Source: an uncultured Clostridia bacterium (GTDB taxonomy: Bacteria; Bacillota; Clostridia; TANB77; CAG-508). Taken from it: a stretch of 64,000 nt of DNA. The notes beneath the pieces were generated by a model that worked only from the letters and a program-made list of their open reading frames with translations, did no database searches and had not been told where the DNA came from. The first letter of the stretch is position 1. Each line of letters begins with the position of its first letter. The stretch is from assembly GCA_944388035.1 (NCBI GenBank), contig CALXHF010000001.1, positions 17,593 to 81,592 of the forward strand, given 5' to 3'. Position numbers and translations under genes: made by a program. Shown in pieces: positions 8,070 to 18,989 of the stretch.

Positions 8070-9782
8070 ATGAGAGAACCAATTCATAGTTTTGTAGAAT
8101 TTAAAGATTTAAAAGATATGCTTAAAAAATCTGGAGAAAAATATGGTGATAGACCAGCATATATATTTAGGACAGATGTACCAGGAAAATTCAGAGAAAT
8201 TACACATAAAGAATTTAGAGATGAAATAAATGCTTTAGGAACTAAATTAGTAGAAATGGGGCTAAAAGATAAAAGAATTGCAGTTATATCAGAAAATAGA
8301 TATGAGTGGGCAGTAGATTATTTAGCGATTGCAACAGGGACAGGTGTTGTAGTCCCACTAGATAAAGCATTACCTGATAATGAAATAGAAAGTTTAATAA
8401 TTCGTTCAGAAGTAGAGGCGATATTTTATTCTAAAAAATATGACGAAGTAATGAATAGAATAAAAGAACAAAAAAACACTAATCTAAAATATTTTATTTC
8501 TATGGATTTAAATAATGAAGAAAAGGGTGTGTTATCACAAAAAGAATTGACAGAAGAGGGAAAAAAATTATTAGAAGAAGGAAATAGAGCGTTTTTAGAT
8601 GCAGAAATTGATAATGAGAAAATGGGTATAATGTTATTTACATCAGGTACAACAGCAATATCAAAAGCAGTAATGTTATCTCATAAAAATATTTGTAGTA
8701 ATCTTCAAGACATTACATCTGTAATAAAAGTAGATGAATATGACAGGTTTTTATCATTTTTACCATTACACCATACATTTGAGTGTACAGTAGGTTTCTT
8801 ATATCCAGTATCTGCTGGTGGAGCAATAGCCTTTTGTGATGGAATACGTCATATTGCAGAAAATATCAAAGAATACCAAATAACAGCAATGATATCTGTT
8901 CCAATATTATTTGAAGCAATGTATAGAAAAGTAATGAAAGGAATTGAGAAGAAAGGTAAACTAGAAACAGTAAAAAAAGGAATAAAAATAAGTAGTTTCT
9001 TATTAAAATTTGGTATAGATATTAGAAAAAAATTATTTAAGGAAATACACGAAACATTAGGTGGAAAAGTAAGGCTATTTGTAGCAGGTGGTGCAGCATT
9101 AGACCCAGAAGCAGAAAAAGGGTTTAATGATTTAGGTTTTACAATGTACCAAGGATATGGTTTAACAGAAAGTTCACCAGTAATTGCAGCAGAAGATGAT
9201 AAATATAGAAGATTAGGTTCAATTGGAAAAGCATTTCCAAGTTTAGATGTTAAAATTGATAACCCAAATGAAGAAGGAATAGGAGAACTTTTAGCAAAAG
9301 GACCTTCAATAATGCTTGGATATTATAATAATGAAGAGGCAAATAAAGAAACATTAGAAGATGGATGGCTTCATACAGGAGATTTAGCAAAAATAGATAA
9401 AGATGGATATATATTTATTTCAGGAAGAAAGAAATTTGTAATAGTATTAAAAAATGGTAAAAATATTTATCCAGAAGAATTGGAAATATTGATAAATAAA
9501 ATTGAAGGTGTAAAAGAAAGTTTTGTATATGGTAGACCAGAAGATGATGGAGATTATAAAATTTGTGCAAAAATAGTTTATGATAAGGATAATGCAGAAG
9601 AAATTTTTGGTACAGTAAATGAGAGTGAAATAAAAGAAAAAATTTGGCAAGAAGTAAAAAAGGTAAATAAACAAATGCCAGCATATAAATATGTAAGAGA
9701 CATAATTGTTACAGATAAAGAATTAATAAAAACAACAACACAAAAAGTAAAAAGAGCAGAAGAAATAAAAACAGTATTATAG
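8070..9782 (+). CDS. AMP-dependent synthetase/ligase (long-chain fatty-acid-CoA ligase-like)
   Basis: AMP-binding motif MLFTSGTTAISKAVMLSHKN. ~570 aa with typical domain order. Contains an unmodified in-frame ATG-CTT-GGA-TAT (9312-9323), useful as a control for the C-insertion phenomenon. Confidence 0.75.
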   Translation: MREPIHSFVEFKDLKDMLKKSGEKYGDRPAYIFRTDVPGKFREITHKEFRDEINALGTKLVEMGLKDKRIAVISENRYEWAVDYLAIATGTGVVVPLDKALPDNEIESLIIRSEVEAIFYSKKYDEVMNRIKEQKNTNLKYFISMDLNNEEKGVLSQKELTEEGKKLLEEGNRAFLDAEIDNEKMGIMLFTSGTTAISKAVMLSHKNICSNLQDITSVIKVDEYDRFLSFLPLHHTFECTVGFLYPVSAGGAIAFCDGIRHIAENIKEYQITAMISVPILFEAMYRKVMKGIEKKGKLETVKKGIKISSFLLKFGIDIRKKLFKEIHETLGGKVRLFVAGGAALDPEAEKGFNDLGFTMYQGYGLTESSPVIAAEDDKYRRLGSIGKAFPSLDVKIDNPNEEGIGELLAKGPSIMLGYYNNEEANKETLEDGWLHTGDLAKIDKDGYIFISGRKKFVIVLKNGKNIYPEELEILINKIEGVKESFVYGRPEDDGDYKICAKIVYDKDNAEEIFGTVNESEIKEKIWQEVKKVNKQMPAYKYVRDIIVTDKELIKTTTQKVKRAEEIKTVL

Positions 9783-9971
9783 TAAATGGGGGAAGGCTAA
9801 AAGTAGCTTTCCCTAATACTTTGAAGAAAAATGTAATATTTTTGTAATATTTCTGTAACAAAAACTTAATAAAAAAATAAAGGGTATTATCTTGTAGTTT
9901 TTTGTAGGTTAATGTATAATAATAAAGAAAGCAAAGGCAAATATGCGTAAGATAAAAGGAGGTAATTTACA

Positions 9972-10835
9972 ATGTCTAAATCTGGCATAGTAAATGTGAG
10001 AATGGTTATCACAGAAGAAAAAATATTAATGAATATAGAAAAGGTTCAAAAATTAATAAATCCAAAAAGTAAAAAACAAATAGTACAATTAGAAGATGAT
10101 ACATATTTTAAGGACTTAGTTGAATCTGTAAAAACATATTTAATTGAATATCCAAAAAAGAAAAACTTCCCAGCAAGCGTATATAAAGCAGCTTATGGCT
10201 TAGTTGAGTTTGCAACAAACCAATTTGAAGAAAACACTAAAAAAATAGAAGAACTAATTAGACAAAGAGAACAAAATATAGCTTTGGCAGGAAGATTAAA
10301 AGAAGCCTTAGAAGCTGTAGAAGAAAAAGAAGAAGATTGGAAAGATAAAGTAAAAAATTTAGAAGATAGCTTTGGGGAAGATATAATAGAAACATTAAAT
10401 ATCGTTGGAAAAGCTAAAGGAACAACATCTCAAAATTACCAAGATGCTATGAAACTTTTAAATGCTAGAATAAATAATTTAGAGTCTAATTTACATATTG
10501 AAATTGATATGGAAAGAATAGAAGATAGATCAAAAGCTTTAAGTTATATTGGAATAGAAATAGCAGATGCATTAAAATCTATACCAACACCTTTAGAAGA
10601 AGTAACAGAACAACAAGTAGTAGAAGAACCACAAGAAACAGTAGTAAATAATGTAGTAGAAGAACAACAACAATATGCACAAGAAACAACATTTGAAGCT
10701 AAACCAAGTTTATGGCAAAGAATTAAAAATAGTAAATTTGTAAGAGCAATCAAAGCTATAACAAGAATAAGAATAGTACTTGATTACTCAGATGCACTTC
10801 CAGAAGGAAGAGGAGAAAATAATCAAAATCAATAA
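9972..10835 (+). CDS. Hypothetical coiled-coil protein
   Basis: 287-aa ORF with RBS aaggagg. No recognised family. Confidence 0.45.
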   Translation: MSKSGIVNVRMVITEEKILMNIEKVQKLINPKSKKQIVQLEDDTYFKDLVESVKTYLIEYPKKKNFPASVYKAAYGLVEFATNQFEENTKKIEELIRQREQNIALAGRLKEALEAVEEKEEDWKDKVKNLEDSFGEDIIETLNIVGKAKGTTSQNYQDAMKLLNARINNLESNLHIEIDMERIEDRSKALSYIGIEIADALKSIPTPLEEVTEQQVVEEPQETVVNNVVEEQQQYAQETTFEAKPSLWQRIKNSKFVRAIKAITRIRIVLDYSDALPEGRGENNQNQ

Positions 10836-10857
10836 AAATGATTTTAATATTTAAGAT

Positions 10858-10888
10858 AAACCAGAAAAACAATTCTGGTTTATTTTTG
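10858..10888 (+). terminator. Rho-independent terminator (aaccagaa / ttctggtt plus T-run)
   Basis: 8-bp stem with a 6-nt loop, followed by tttatttttg. Confidence 0.55.
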
Positions 10889-10917
10889 TAATTAAATAAA
10901 TTTACATAAAACAGAAT

Positions 10918-10946
10918 TTGACTTTTAAAGGAAATTATTGTATAAT
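10918..10946 (+). promoter_or_regulatory. Sigma-A-type promoter: TTGACT, 17-nt spacer, TATAAT. It precedes a ~240-nt structured leader upstream of rnj
   Basis: Perfect consensus hexamers read directly. The leader downstream contains several hairpins (10998-11033, 11075-11098). Confidence 0.55.
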
Positions 10947-11187
10947 AATAAACAGTTGTTAGCAATTAGTTGCTTTAAAAATGAGATTTTTAAAACTTTA
11001 ACCTAAATTATGTATTAATAAGACAATTTAGGTAAATAATAATTTGGTGAACGGAAAATTAAATAAGAAAATTAGTTTATAATATGGTTATAAACTTGAT
11101 TTTTGCGTACATAGGATTTTATGAATAATTTTCTATTTATTAAAATTTAAAATAAGATTAAAGAGAAAGAAAAGAAAGGAGATTTTG

Positions 11188-13060
11188 ATGTCAGAAGAAA
11201 AATTTGAAAATAACAATAAGAAAAATGTGAGAAGTAGCAGAAGGACAAACTCACAAGTAAAAAAAACAAGAGTTAAAAAAATAAATAAAAAAGAAGGAGA
11301 AGAAAAAAAAGAAGTTTTACAAAAAAATACCAAAAGAAATACAAAAGTAAGAACTGAAGGAAAAACTAAAAATAGAAATATTCAAAAAGAAATATTTAAA
11401 GCTTCAAAACTAAAAATAATACCACTTCGGTGGTTTGCACGAGATAGGAAAAAATATAACAGTTTTTGAATATGAAAATGAAATGATAATAGTAGATTGT
11501 GGTTTATCATTTCCAGAAGATGATATGCTAGGAGTAGACTTAGTAATACCAGATATCACATATTTAGAACAAAATGTAAATAAAATAAAAGCTTTAGTAA
11601 TAACACACGGTCACGAAGACCATATAGGAGCGGTTCCATATTTATTAAAGAAAATAAATATCCCAATTTATGCAACAAAACTAACAGCAGGTTTAATAAG
11701 AAATAAACTAGAAGAACACAAATTAGTAAATTCTACAAAATTGATAGAAGTAAATCAAGGACAAACAATAAATTTAGGAAAATATTTTAAAATAGAATTT
11801 ATAAGAAGTTCACATAGTATTCCAGATTCAGTAATGCTTGGAATAACAACACCAGCAGGAACAATATTACACACAGGAGACTTTAAAGTAGATTTTACAC
11901 CAATAGATGGAAAAATAATGGATTTAGGAAGAATTGCAGAATTAGGAAACCAAGGTGTTTTAGCTTTAATGTCAGATAGTACTAACAGTGAAAGAAAAGG
12001 CTTTACTATGTCAGAAAAATCAGTAGGAGATGTTTTTGATAAGCTATTTTTACACTGTACGAAAAGAATAGTAGTAGCAACATTTGCATCAAATGTCCAT
12101 AGAGTACAACAAATAGTAAATTGTGCAATAAAATATGGAAGGAAAATTGCAGTGTGTGGTAGAAGTATGATAAATATGATTACAACTGCAAGAGAACTTG
12201 GATATATCGAGTGTCCAGAAAATTTATTTATAGACATTGATATGATTAAAAATTATACAGATGAACAGCTAGTAATAATAACGACAGGAAGCCAAGGAGA
12301 AACAATGTCAGCACTAACAAGGATGGCAAATGGTGAACATAGAAAAGTAAAAATAACACCAAATGATTTGATAATAATTTCAGCAACACCAATACCAGGA
12401 AATGAAAAATATGTATCAAAAGTAATAGATGATTTGATGCAAATAGGAGCAGAAGTTGTATATAGTTCACTAGAAGATGTACACGTATCAGGACACGCTT
12501 GCCAAGAAGAACAAAAATTAATAATAGCTTTAGCAAAACCAAAATATTTCATACCAGTACACGGCGAATATAGACAACTTGTAGCACATAGTGAGACAGC
12601 TCAAAGTATGGGAATAGAAAAAGAAAATATAATTATGATGCAAAATGGTAGAGTGTTAGAGATAAATAAAAATGGTGTAGAGTTTACTGGAGTAGTTCCA
12701 AATGGTAGAGTATTAGTAGATGGACTAGGAGTTGGAGATGTCGGAAATATTGTTTTAAGAGATAGACAGCATTTATCACAAGATGGTTTAATAATAATAG
12801 TATTAACGATGGACTCAGGAACAGGAGAAGTTATAGCAGGACCAGATGTAATATCTAGAGGTTTTGTATATGTAAGAGAATCAGAAAACTTGATGGATGA
12901 AGTAAAAGCAGTGGTAAGAAAAGAAATAAGAAGATGTGAAGAAAATGGAATTCGAGACTGGTCAACTATAAAATCAACAGTAAGAGACAATTTAAGAGAT
13001 TATGTATTTGCAAAAACAAAAAGAAACCCAATGATTATACCAATTATTATGGAAGTATAA
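11188..13060 (+). CDS. rnj: Ribonuclease J (metallo-beta-lactamase / beta-CASP) with a Lys-rich N-terminal extension, read through an extra C at 11428 (CTT-C-GGT)
   Basis: The downstream frame gives ...IGKNITVFEYENEMIIVDCG...HGHEDHIG, the RNase J signature. The upstream frame gives ...KIIPL. Skipping C11428 restores KIIPLGGLHEIGKN. RBS aaggag sits 6 nt before ATG 11188. Confidence 0.7.
11428..11428 (+). other. Extra sense-strand C site (CTT-C-GGT) in rnj
   Basis: See the rnj feature. Confidence 0.6.
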
Positions 13061-13063
13061 AAT

Positions 13064-13148
13064 GAGACAAAAGGGGACGGGGCTTTTTTGTCTCATTTTT
13101 CCAAAAAACGTAAAAGTGAGAAAAAAAAGCCCCGTCCCCAAAATTCTC
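13064..13148. repeat. REP-like palindromic intergenic element with core GGGGACGGGGC / GCCCCGTCCCC (copy A), likely terminator
   Basis: gagacaaaaggggacggggcttttttgtctc, a spacer, then gagaaaaaaaagccccgtccccaaaattctc. A second copy is at 32000-32071. Confidence 0.7.
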
Positions 13149-13170
13149 ATTTTAATAGGAGTGATTATTA

Positions 13171-14822
13171 TGAATTATAAAGATTTAGCAGATATGATAT
13201 TTCCTGAAGCAAAAGATATATCATATTATGAAGAAAAATATCCAAGAAGAAATTTAAAAGAAGGTGCTATTGTTACAAGGTTTGCACCAAGCCCTACAGG
13301 TTTTGTACATATTGGTGGTTTATACCAAAGTTTAATTGCTAAAAAACTTGCAAACCAAACAGAGGGTGTCTTTTTCTTAAGAATAGAAGATACTGACCAA
13401 AAAAGAGAAGTTGAAAATGGAGTAGAAAACATAATAAATTCGTTAAAAGATTTTGGCTTAGAACCAGATGAAGGCATGATTTCAGAAACAGAAGAAAAAG
13501 GAAAATATGGACCTTATAAACAATCTGAAAGAAAAGAAATTTATCAAGCATATGCTAAATATATGATAGCACAAGGTAAAGCATATCCTTGTTTTTGTAC
13601 TCCAGAAGAAGGGGAAGAATTAAGAAAAAAGCAAGAAGCAGCTAAAGTTAGACCTGGCTATTATGGGGTTTGGGCAAAATGTAGGCATTTAACAATTGAA
13701 GAAATGGCTGAAAAAATTAAAAGTGGAGAAAGTTATATAATTAGATTTAAGTCTCCAGGTAGAGAAGATAGAAAAATAAAACATAAAGATGTTATTAAAG
13801 GAAATGTAGAATTTCCAGAAAATGACCAAGATATAGTAATTATAAAAGCTGATGGTTTACCTACATATCATTTTGCACACGCAGTTGATGATTATTTAAT
13901 GGGAACAACTCTTGTAATACGTGGAGATGAGTGGTTATCTTCAGTTCCATTACATTTACAATTGTTCTATGAGTTAGGATTTAAAGCTCCTAAATACGCT
14001 CATATTGCACCTATTATGAAAAATGATAATGGGAATAAAAGAAAATTAAGTAAAAGAAAAGACGAAGAAGCAGCTGTAAGTTATTATGAAGAACAAGGAA
14101 TTCCAGAAGAGGCTGTTAAAGAATATTTATTAAATATTGCAAATTCTACATTTGAGAATTGGAGAAGAGCAAATCCAGATAAAGATATTTCTGAATTCCA
14201 ATTACAAATAAATAAAATGAGTGTAAGTGGTGCTCTTTTTGATATGGTTAAATTATTAGATGTAGGGAAAACTGTAATTTCTAAATTTACTGCTGAAAAA
14301 GTGTATGAAGAAGCTTTAAAATGGGCTAAAAGACATGATGAGGAATTGGAGAAATTACTAGAAAATAAAGAATATTCATTAAAAGTATTTGGTATAGAAA
14401 GAGGTAATAAAAAACCTAGAAAAGATATTGCAAAATGGTCTGATGTAAAAGATAATATTGAATATATGTATGATGAATTATTCTATAGTAAAAAACAAGA
14501 TTATCCTTATCAAACGATTAATGATAAAAACGAAATAGAAAAAATACTAAATCTTTACATAGAAAAATATTATGATGAAAATGATGATAAACAAGTATGG
14601 TTTGATAAAATAAAAGAATTATCAGGAGAACTTGGTTATGCAAAAGAAGTCAAAGAATTTAAGGAAAACCCTGGAAAATATACGGCTCATGTAGGTGATG
14701 TAAGTACTGTTTTAAGAGTTGCATTAACTTCTAGAACTAATACACCAGATATGTATGAAATTATGAAAATTTTAGGCAACAAAAGAATTGAGGAAAGATT
14801 TAGAAAAGCTATAGAATGCTAA
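13171..14822 (+). CDS. gltX: Glutamate-tRNA ligase (GluRS)
   Basis: Class I motifs PSPTGFVHIGG and KLSKRK. Start at MNYKDL with RBS aggagtg. The track's upstream extension reads through the REP-like element and is rejected. Confidence 0.8.
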
Positions 14823-14836
14823 AGGAGAAAATAGGT

Positions 14837-15041
14837 ATGGAATACAATATTGGTGATATTGTAAGAACTAAGAAACAACATCCTTGTCGGAAGTAAGTTA
14901 TGGGAAATAACAAGAGTAGGAGTAGATTTTAAACTAAAGTGCAAAGGCTGTGGACACGTGGTTACTTTGGATAGAGAAAAAGCTAAAAAAATAATTACTA
15001 AAATTGAGAGAAAAGCTATAGAAAACCAAGATAATAAATAA
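14837..15041 (+). CDS. DUF951-family small zinc-ribbon protein, read through an extra C at 14888 (TGT-C-GGA)
   Basis: With the C skipped it reads MEYNIGDIVRTKKQHPCGSKLWEITRVGVDFKLKCKGCGHVVTLDREKAKKIITKIERKAIENQDNK. As written the frame stops after HPCRK. Confidence 0.5.
14888..14888 (+). other. Extra sense-strand C site (TGT-C-GGA) in the DUF951 gene
   Basis: See that feature. Confidence 0.55.
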
Positions 15042-15113
15042 CCAAAAGACAAAATTAGACATATAATACAATATAGTATTAATCAAAATACTATATTGGA
15101 GGTGCTATAAAAT

Positions 15114-15389
15114 ATGGAACCACAAGATACAATTTATTGTTTTGATAACAAAGATAAAAAGTGTGATAATAAGAAGAATTGCTTAGGTATAGTAGCTATT
15201 ATATTACTTTCTCTATTTACTTTAGTAATTGGCTTAATTATTGGTGCAGCTTTATCTAGTGCTATTTTAGCAGCATTACCTGCAATAATTGTTTTAGCGA
15301 TTGTACTTGGTATTTTATTGTTATTAACTATAATTTTAATGCTTTGCAATAAAAAGAAAGATAAAAAGACTTGTTGTTGTAAATGCTAA
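15114..15389 (+). CDS. Small Cys-rich membrane protein (N-terminal CFDNKDKKCDNKKNC, two TM helices, C-terminal KKTCCCKC)
   Basis: 91-aa ORF with RBS ggaggtg. Strong hydrophobic core flanked by cysteine clusters. Confidence 0.4.
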   Translation: MEPQDTIYCFDNKDKKCDNKKNCLGIVAIILLSLFTLVIGLIIGAALSSAILAALPAIIVLAIVLGILLLLTIILMLCNKKKDKKTCCCKC

Positions 15390-15439
15390 TATAAATATAA
15401 AAATAGTCATATAAATAATTTATATGGCTATTATTTTTG

Positions 15440-16342
15440 CTATACAATTGTTCCACCATTTACGTGTATTATTTGACCTGTTACATATCTAGAATCATCA
15501 CTTGCAAGATATAAGTATGCAGGAGCTAGCTCAAATGGTTGACCTGCACGTTTTAGAGGTGTTTCTGTACCAAATATTTCAACTTCTTTTTCATTAAAGG
15601 AAGAAGGTATAAGGGGTGTCCATATTGGACCTGGTGCAACAGCATTTACACGAATTTTTTGATCAGCTAAAGAAAGTGCAAGTGATTTGGTAAATACAGT
15701 TATAGCACCTTTAGTTGCAGAATAGTCGATTAAATTTTTCTTGCCATCAAATGCTGTTATAGAAGTTGTATTAATAATACTACTATTTGCGCCTAAGTGT
15801 GGAAGAACAGCTTTTGTTAAATAGAAAAATGTAAAAATATTTGTTTCAAAAGTATCTCTTAATTGCTGATTTGAGATGTCTAAAATACTATTTTGTGGGA
15901 ATTGTACTCCACAGTTATTAATTAAAATATCTATTTTTCCAAATGTATTTAAAGTAACATCTACTATATATGAAGATAAATTTTCATCTCTTAAATCTCC
16001 AGGAACTAATAGACATTTTCTTCCATAACTTTCAATAATTTTTTTAGTAAGGTTTGCATCATCATGTTCATTTAAATAACTAATTACAATATTTGCACCT
16101 TCTTTAGCAAATAAAACACTTACAGCTCTTCCTATTCCACTATCACCACCAGAAATAATAACAACTTTATCTTTTAATTTACCAGAAGGAACATAGTTTG
16201 GGTCTTCAAATATTGGGTTTGGTTTCATTTCATATTCCATACCTGGCTGTATGTTTTGGTGTTGAGCAACAAAAGTAATTGGTGTTCTAACATTTTCATC
16301 TTTAAAACCAACATATGGTATCATTGGATAATTTTCAAACAT
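15440..16342 (-). CDS. Short-chain dehydrogenase/reductase (general stress protein 39-like)
   Basis: Rossmann motif VIISGGDSGIGRA and an active-site region consistent with SDR. Confidence 0.75.
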   Translation of the reverse strand: MFENYPMIPYVGFKDENVRTPITFVAQHQNIQPGMEYEMKPNPIFEDPNYVPSGKLKDKVVIISGGDSGIGRAVSVLFAKEGANIVISYLNEHDDANLTKKIIESYGRKCLLVPGDLRDENLSSYIVDVTLNTFGKIDILINNCGVQFPQNSILDISNQQLRDTFETNIFTFFYLTKAVLPHLGANSSIINTTSITAFDGKKNLIDYSATKGAITVFTKSLALSLADQKIRVNAVAPGPIWTPLIPSSFNEKEVEIFGTETPLKRAGQPFELAPAYLYLASDDSRYVTGQIIHVNGGTIV

Positions 16343-16506
16343 ATAAACAACTCCTTCAAAAAATATTTATATATTTTATTGGAATTGTAATCAAAATAAA
16401 ACTAAAATTAAAAAAATTTAAAAAATTTAAAACTTATTTGCATTTTGGAAAAAAATATGATACAATACAAAAGTAGTTTAAAGTAGACCGTTAAGGAGGA
16501 GCAAAA

Positions 16507-16755
16507 ATGGAAATAGTAAAATGGATATTAATAGTAATATATTTAATAATATCACTTGCTTTAATATTATTAACATTAATACAATCAAAAGATGATGCAG
16601 GCCTATCATCAACAATAACAGGTTCATCTACAAATAACTTCTTTGAAAAAAATAAAGGAAAAACAAAAGAAGGAAAACAAAAAAGATGGACAGTTATATT
16701 ATCAATTGTATTTGCAATATTAACAATAGTTTTAGGAATTTTGTATATGGCATAA
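16507..16755 (+). CDS. secG: Preprotein translocase subunit SecG
   Basis: 82 aa, two TM helices. N-terminus MEIVKWILIVIYLIISLALILLTLIQSKDDAGL is typical of SecG. Lies upstream of rnr as in many Firmicutes. Confidence 0.6.
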   Translation: MEIVKWILIVIYLIISLALILLTLIQSKDDAGLSSTITGSSTNNFFEKNKGKTKEGKQKRWTVILSIVFAILTIVLGILYMA

Positions 16756-16831
16756 AAGTATAAGGGGCGGTTTGTAAAACAAGCCCTTTTATTAGTAGTA
16801 AATAAAAAAGAAAGAAGGAATAAAGGTTTAA

Positions 16832-18952
16832 ATGGAAGAACAAGCGAAGAAGATTTTAGATTTAATGAGTGATGATGATTATGTCCCGATGAAAGCTAAA
16901 GAAATTGCAATGATAATGCGAGTACCAAAAAATGAATACCATAATTTCTTAGAAGTAATTGGAAAATTAGAATTAGAATTAAAAATCGAAAAGAATAGAA
17001 AAAACAGATATAAATTAAGTGATAAAACTTATTATGAAGGATATTATAGGAAAAACCAAAAAGGTTTTGGTTTTGTTAGAATAGAAGATAGAGAAGATGA
17101 AATATATGTATCAAAAGAAAATTCTCTAAATGCATTAAATGGAGATCATGTCTTAATTGAAATTATAGATGAAGAAAACAAAATAAAAAGTGCAGAAGGA
17201 AAAGTGGTAAGAATATTAAAACACGAAAAAGATACTCTTGTGGGGACTTTTCAATATAATAAAAACTTTGGTTTTGTAATACCAGATGACAAAAATTTTG
17301 GAACAGATATATTTATTTCAAAAAAGAATTTTGGAAAAGCAAGAAATAACCATAAAGTATTAGTGAAAATAATAAAATATCCAGAAAAGGGTAAGAAAGC
17401 AGAAGGTAAAATAATAGAAGTATTAGGTAATGTAAATGAAGCAGGAGTTGATATGTTATCAATAATAAAAGAACACAATCTGCCTGCAAGATTTCCTGAA
17501 AAAGTTGTAGAAGAAGCTAAAAAATGTGGAGATAAAGTTTCTGAAAAAGATATTAAAAATAGAAGAGATTTTAGAAGCGAAAATATTTTTACGATAGATG
17601 GTGAAGATGCAAAAGATTTAGATGATGCTGTAAGAGTAGAAAAATTAGAAAACGGAAATTATAAATTAGAAGTACATATTGCAGATGTAAGTAACTATGT
17701 AAAAGAAAATAGTTTGTTAGATAGTGAAGCACTAATAAGAGGAACAAGTATATATATGTTAGGTAGAGTAATACCAATGCTTCCAAGAGAACTATCAAAT
17801 GGGATATGTAGTTTAAACCAAGGAGAAGATAGATTAACTTTATCTTGTATAATGGAAATAGATAGTAAAGGAAATGTGATTTCTTCCAATGTATGTAAAG
17901 GTGTTATTTGTGTAACAAAAAGGATGAGTTACAAAGATGTACAAAAAATATTAGACGGAAATGATAAAGAAATATTAGAAAAATATAGACCATATATAGA
18001 AGATTTTAAACTAATGGAAGAACTTGCAAATATATTAAAACAAAGAAGATTAGAAAATGGATATTTAAATTTAGATTTGCCAGAAACAAAAATAGAATTA
18101 GACATTGATGGTAGAGTTGTTAATATTGGAAAATATGAAACTACATTTGCAAATGAAATAATAGAACATTTTATGCTAACAGCAAATGAAACAATAGCAG
18201 AAAAATTTTATTGGTTACAAGCACCTTTTATTTATCGTGTACACGAAGAACCAGATTTAGAGAAAGTAAAAGAATTAAATAAATTTCTATTTAATTATGG
18301 ACTAAAAATAAAAGCTTCTAAAGATAATATTTATCCAAAAGAATTTGCAAAAGTGATTGATGAAATAAAAGGTAAAGAAGAGGAAAGAGTAATTTCTACA
18401 TTAATACTAAGAACACTTAAACTTGCAAAATATGATTATGAAAATAAAGGACACTTTGGTATCGCAAGTAAATTTTATTGTCATTTTACATCACCAATTA
18501 GAAGATATCCAGACCTTTTTATACATAGAGTAATTTCTAAGTATTTAGAAAATAATTATGTATTAGATGATGAAGAATATAATTTATTAGAAAAACAAGC
18601 AGAAGATAGGAGTGTTAAGTCATCAGAAAGAGAAAAAATTGCAACTGAAGTAGAAAGAGAAGCTTTAAAAATGAAAATGGCAGAATATATGGAGGAAAGA
18701 ATTGGTGAAGAATATGATGCAATTATATCTTCTATAACTTCTTTTGGAGTTTTTGCAGAACTTGAAAATACAATTGAAGGTTTGATTAGATTTGAAAATT
18801 TAGGTGATGAATATTTTATATATGATGAAGAAAGAAAAATTTTAATTGGAGAAGTAACAAATAAAGTATATAAAATTGGTGACAAGATAAAAATTAGAGT
18901 AATACGTGCAAGTAAAGAGTTAAAAGAAATTGATTTTGAGTTAGTAAAATAA
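16832..18952 (+). CDS. rnr: Ribonuclease R
   Basis: 706 aa with RNB-domain motifs (HFTSPIRRYPDLFIHR), a cold-shock domain and a C-terminal S1 domain. Confidence 0.85.
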   Translation: MEEQAKKILDLMSDDDYVPMKAKEIAMIMRVPKNEYHNFLEVIGKLELELKIEKNRKNRYKLSDKTYYEGYYRKNQKGFGFVRIEDREDEIYVSKENSLNALNGDHVLIEIIDEENKIKSAEGKVVRILKHEKDTLVGTFQYNKNFGFVIPDDKNFGTDIFISKKNFGKARNNHKVLVKIIKYPEKGKKAEGKIIEVLGNVNEAGVDMLSIIKEHNLPARFPEKVVEEAKKCGDKVSEKDIKNRRDFRSENIFTIDGEDAKDLDDAVRVEKLENGNYKLEVHIADVSNYVKENSLLDSEALIRGTSIYMLGRVIPMLPRELSNGICSLNQGEDRLTLSCIMEIDSKGNVISSNVCKGVICVTKRMSYKDVQKILDGNDKEILEKYRPYIEDFKLMEELANILKQRRLENGYLNLDLPETKIELDIDGRVVNIGKYETTFANEIIEHFMLTANETIAEKFYWLQAPFIYRVHEEPDLEKVKELNKFLFNYGLKIKASKDNIYPKEFAKVIDEIKGKEEERVISTLILRTLKLAKYDYENKGHFGIASKFYCHFTSPIRRYPDLFIHRVISKYLENNYVLDDEEYNLLEKQAEDRSVKSSEREKIATEVEREALKMKMAEYMEERIGEEYDAIISSITSFGVFAELENTIEGLIRFENLGDEYFIYDEERKILIGEVTNKVYKIGDKIKIRVIRASKELKEIDFELVK

Positions 18953-18989
18953 ACATATATATTTTCCTAAAAAAGTGGAAGGATAAACA

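Noticed and set aside
11185-11469. A separate 94-aa Lys-rich ORF upstream of rnj
   Set aside because: It is the N-terminal part of rnj. It joins to the RNase J domain once the extra C at 11428 is skipped.
13062-13170. In-frame N-terminal extension of gltX ([36 protein letters not shown]) given by the ORF track
   Set aside because: It is the REP-like palindromic element read in frame by chance. The real start is ATG 13171 with RBS aggagtg.
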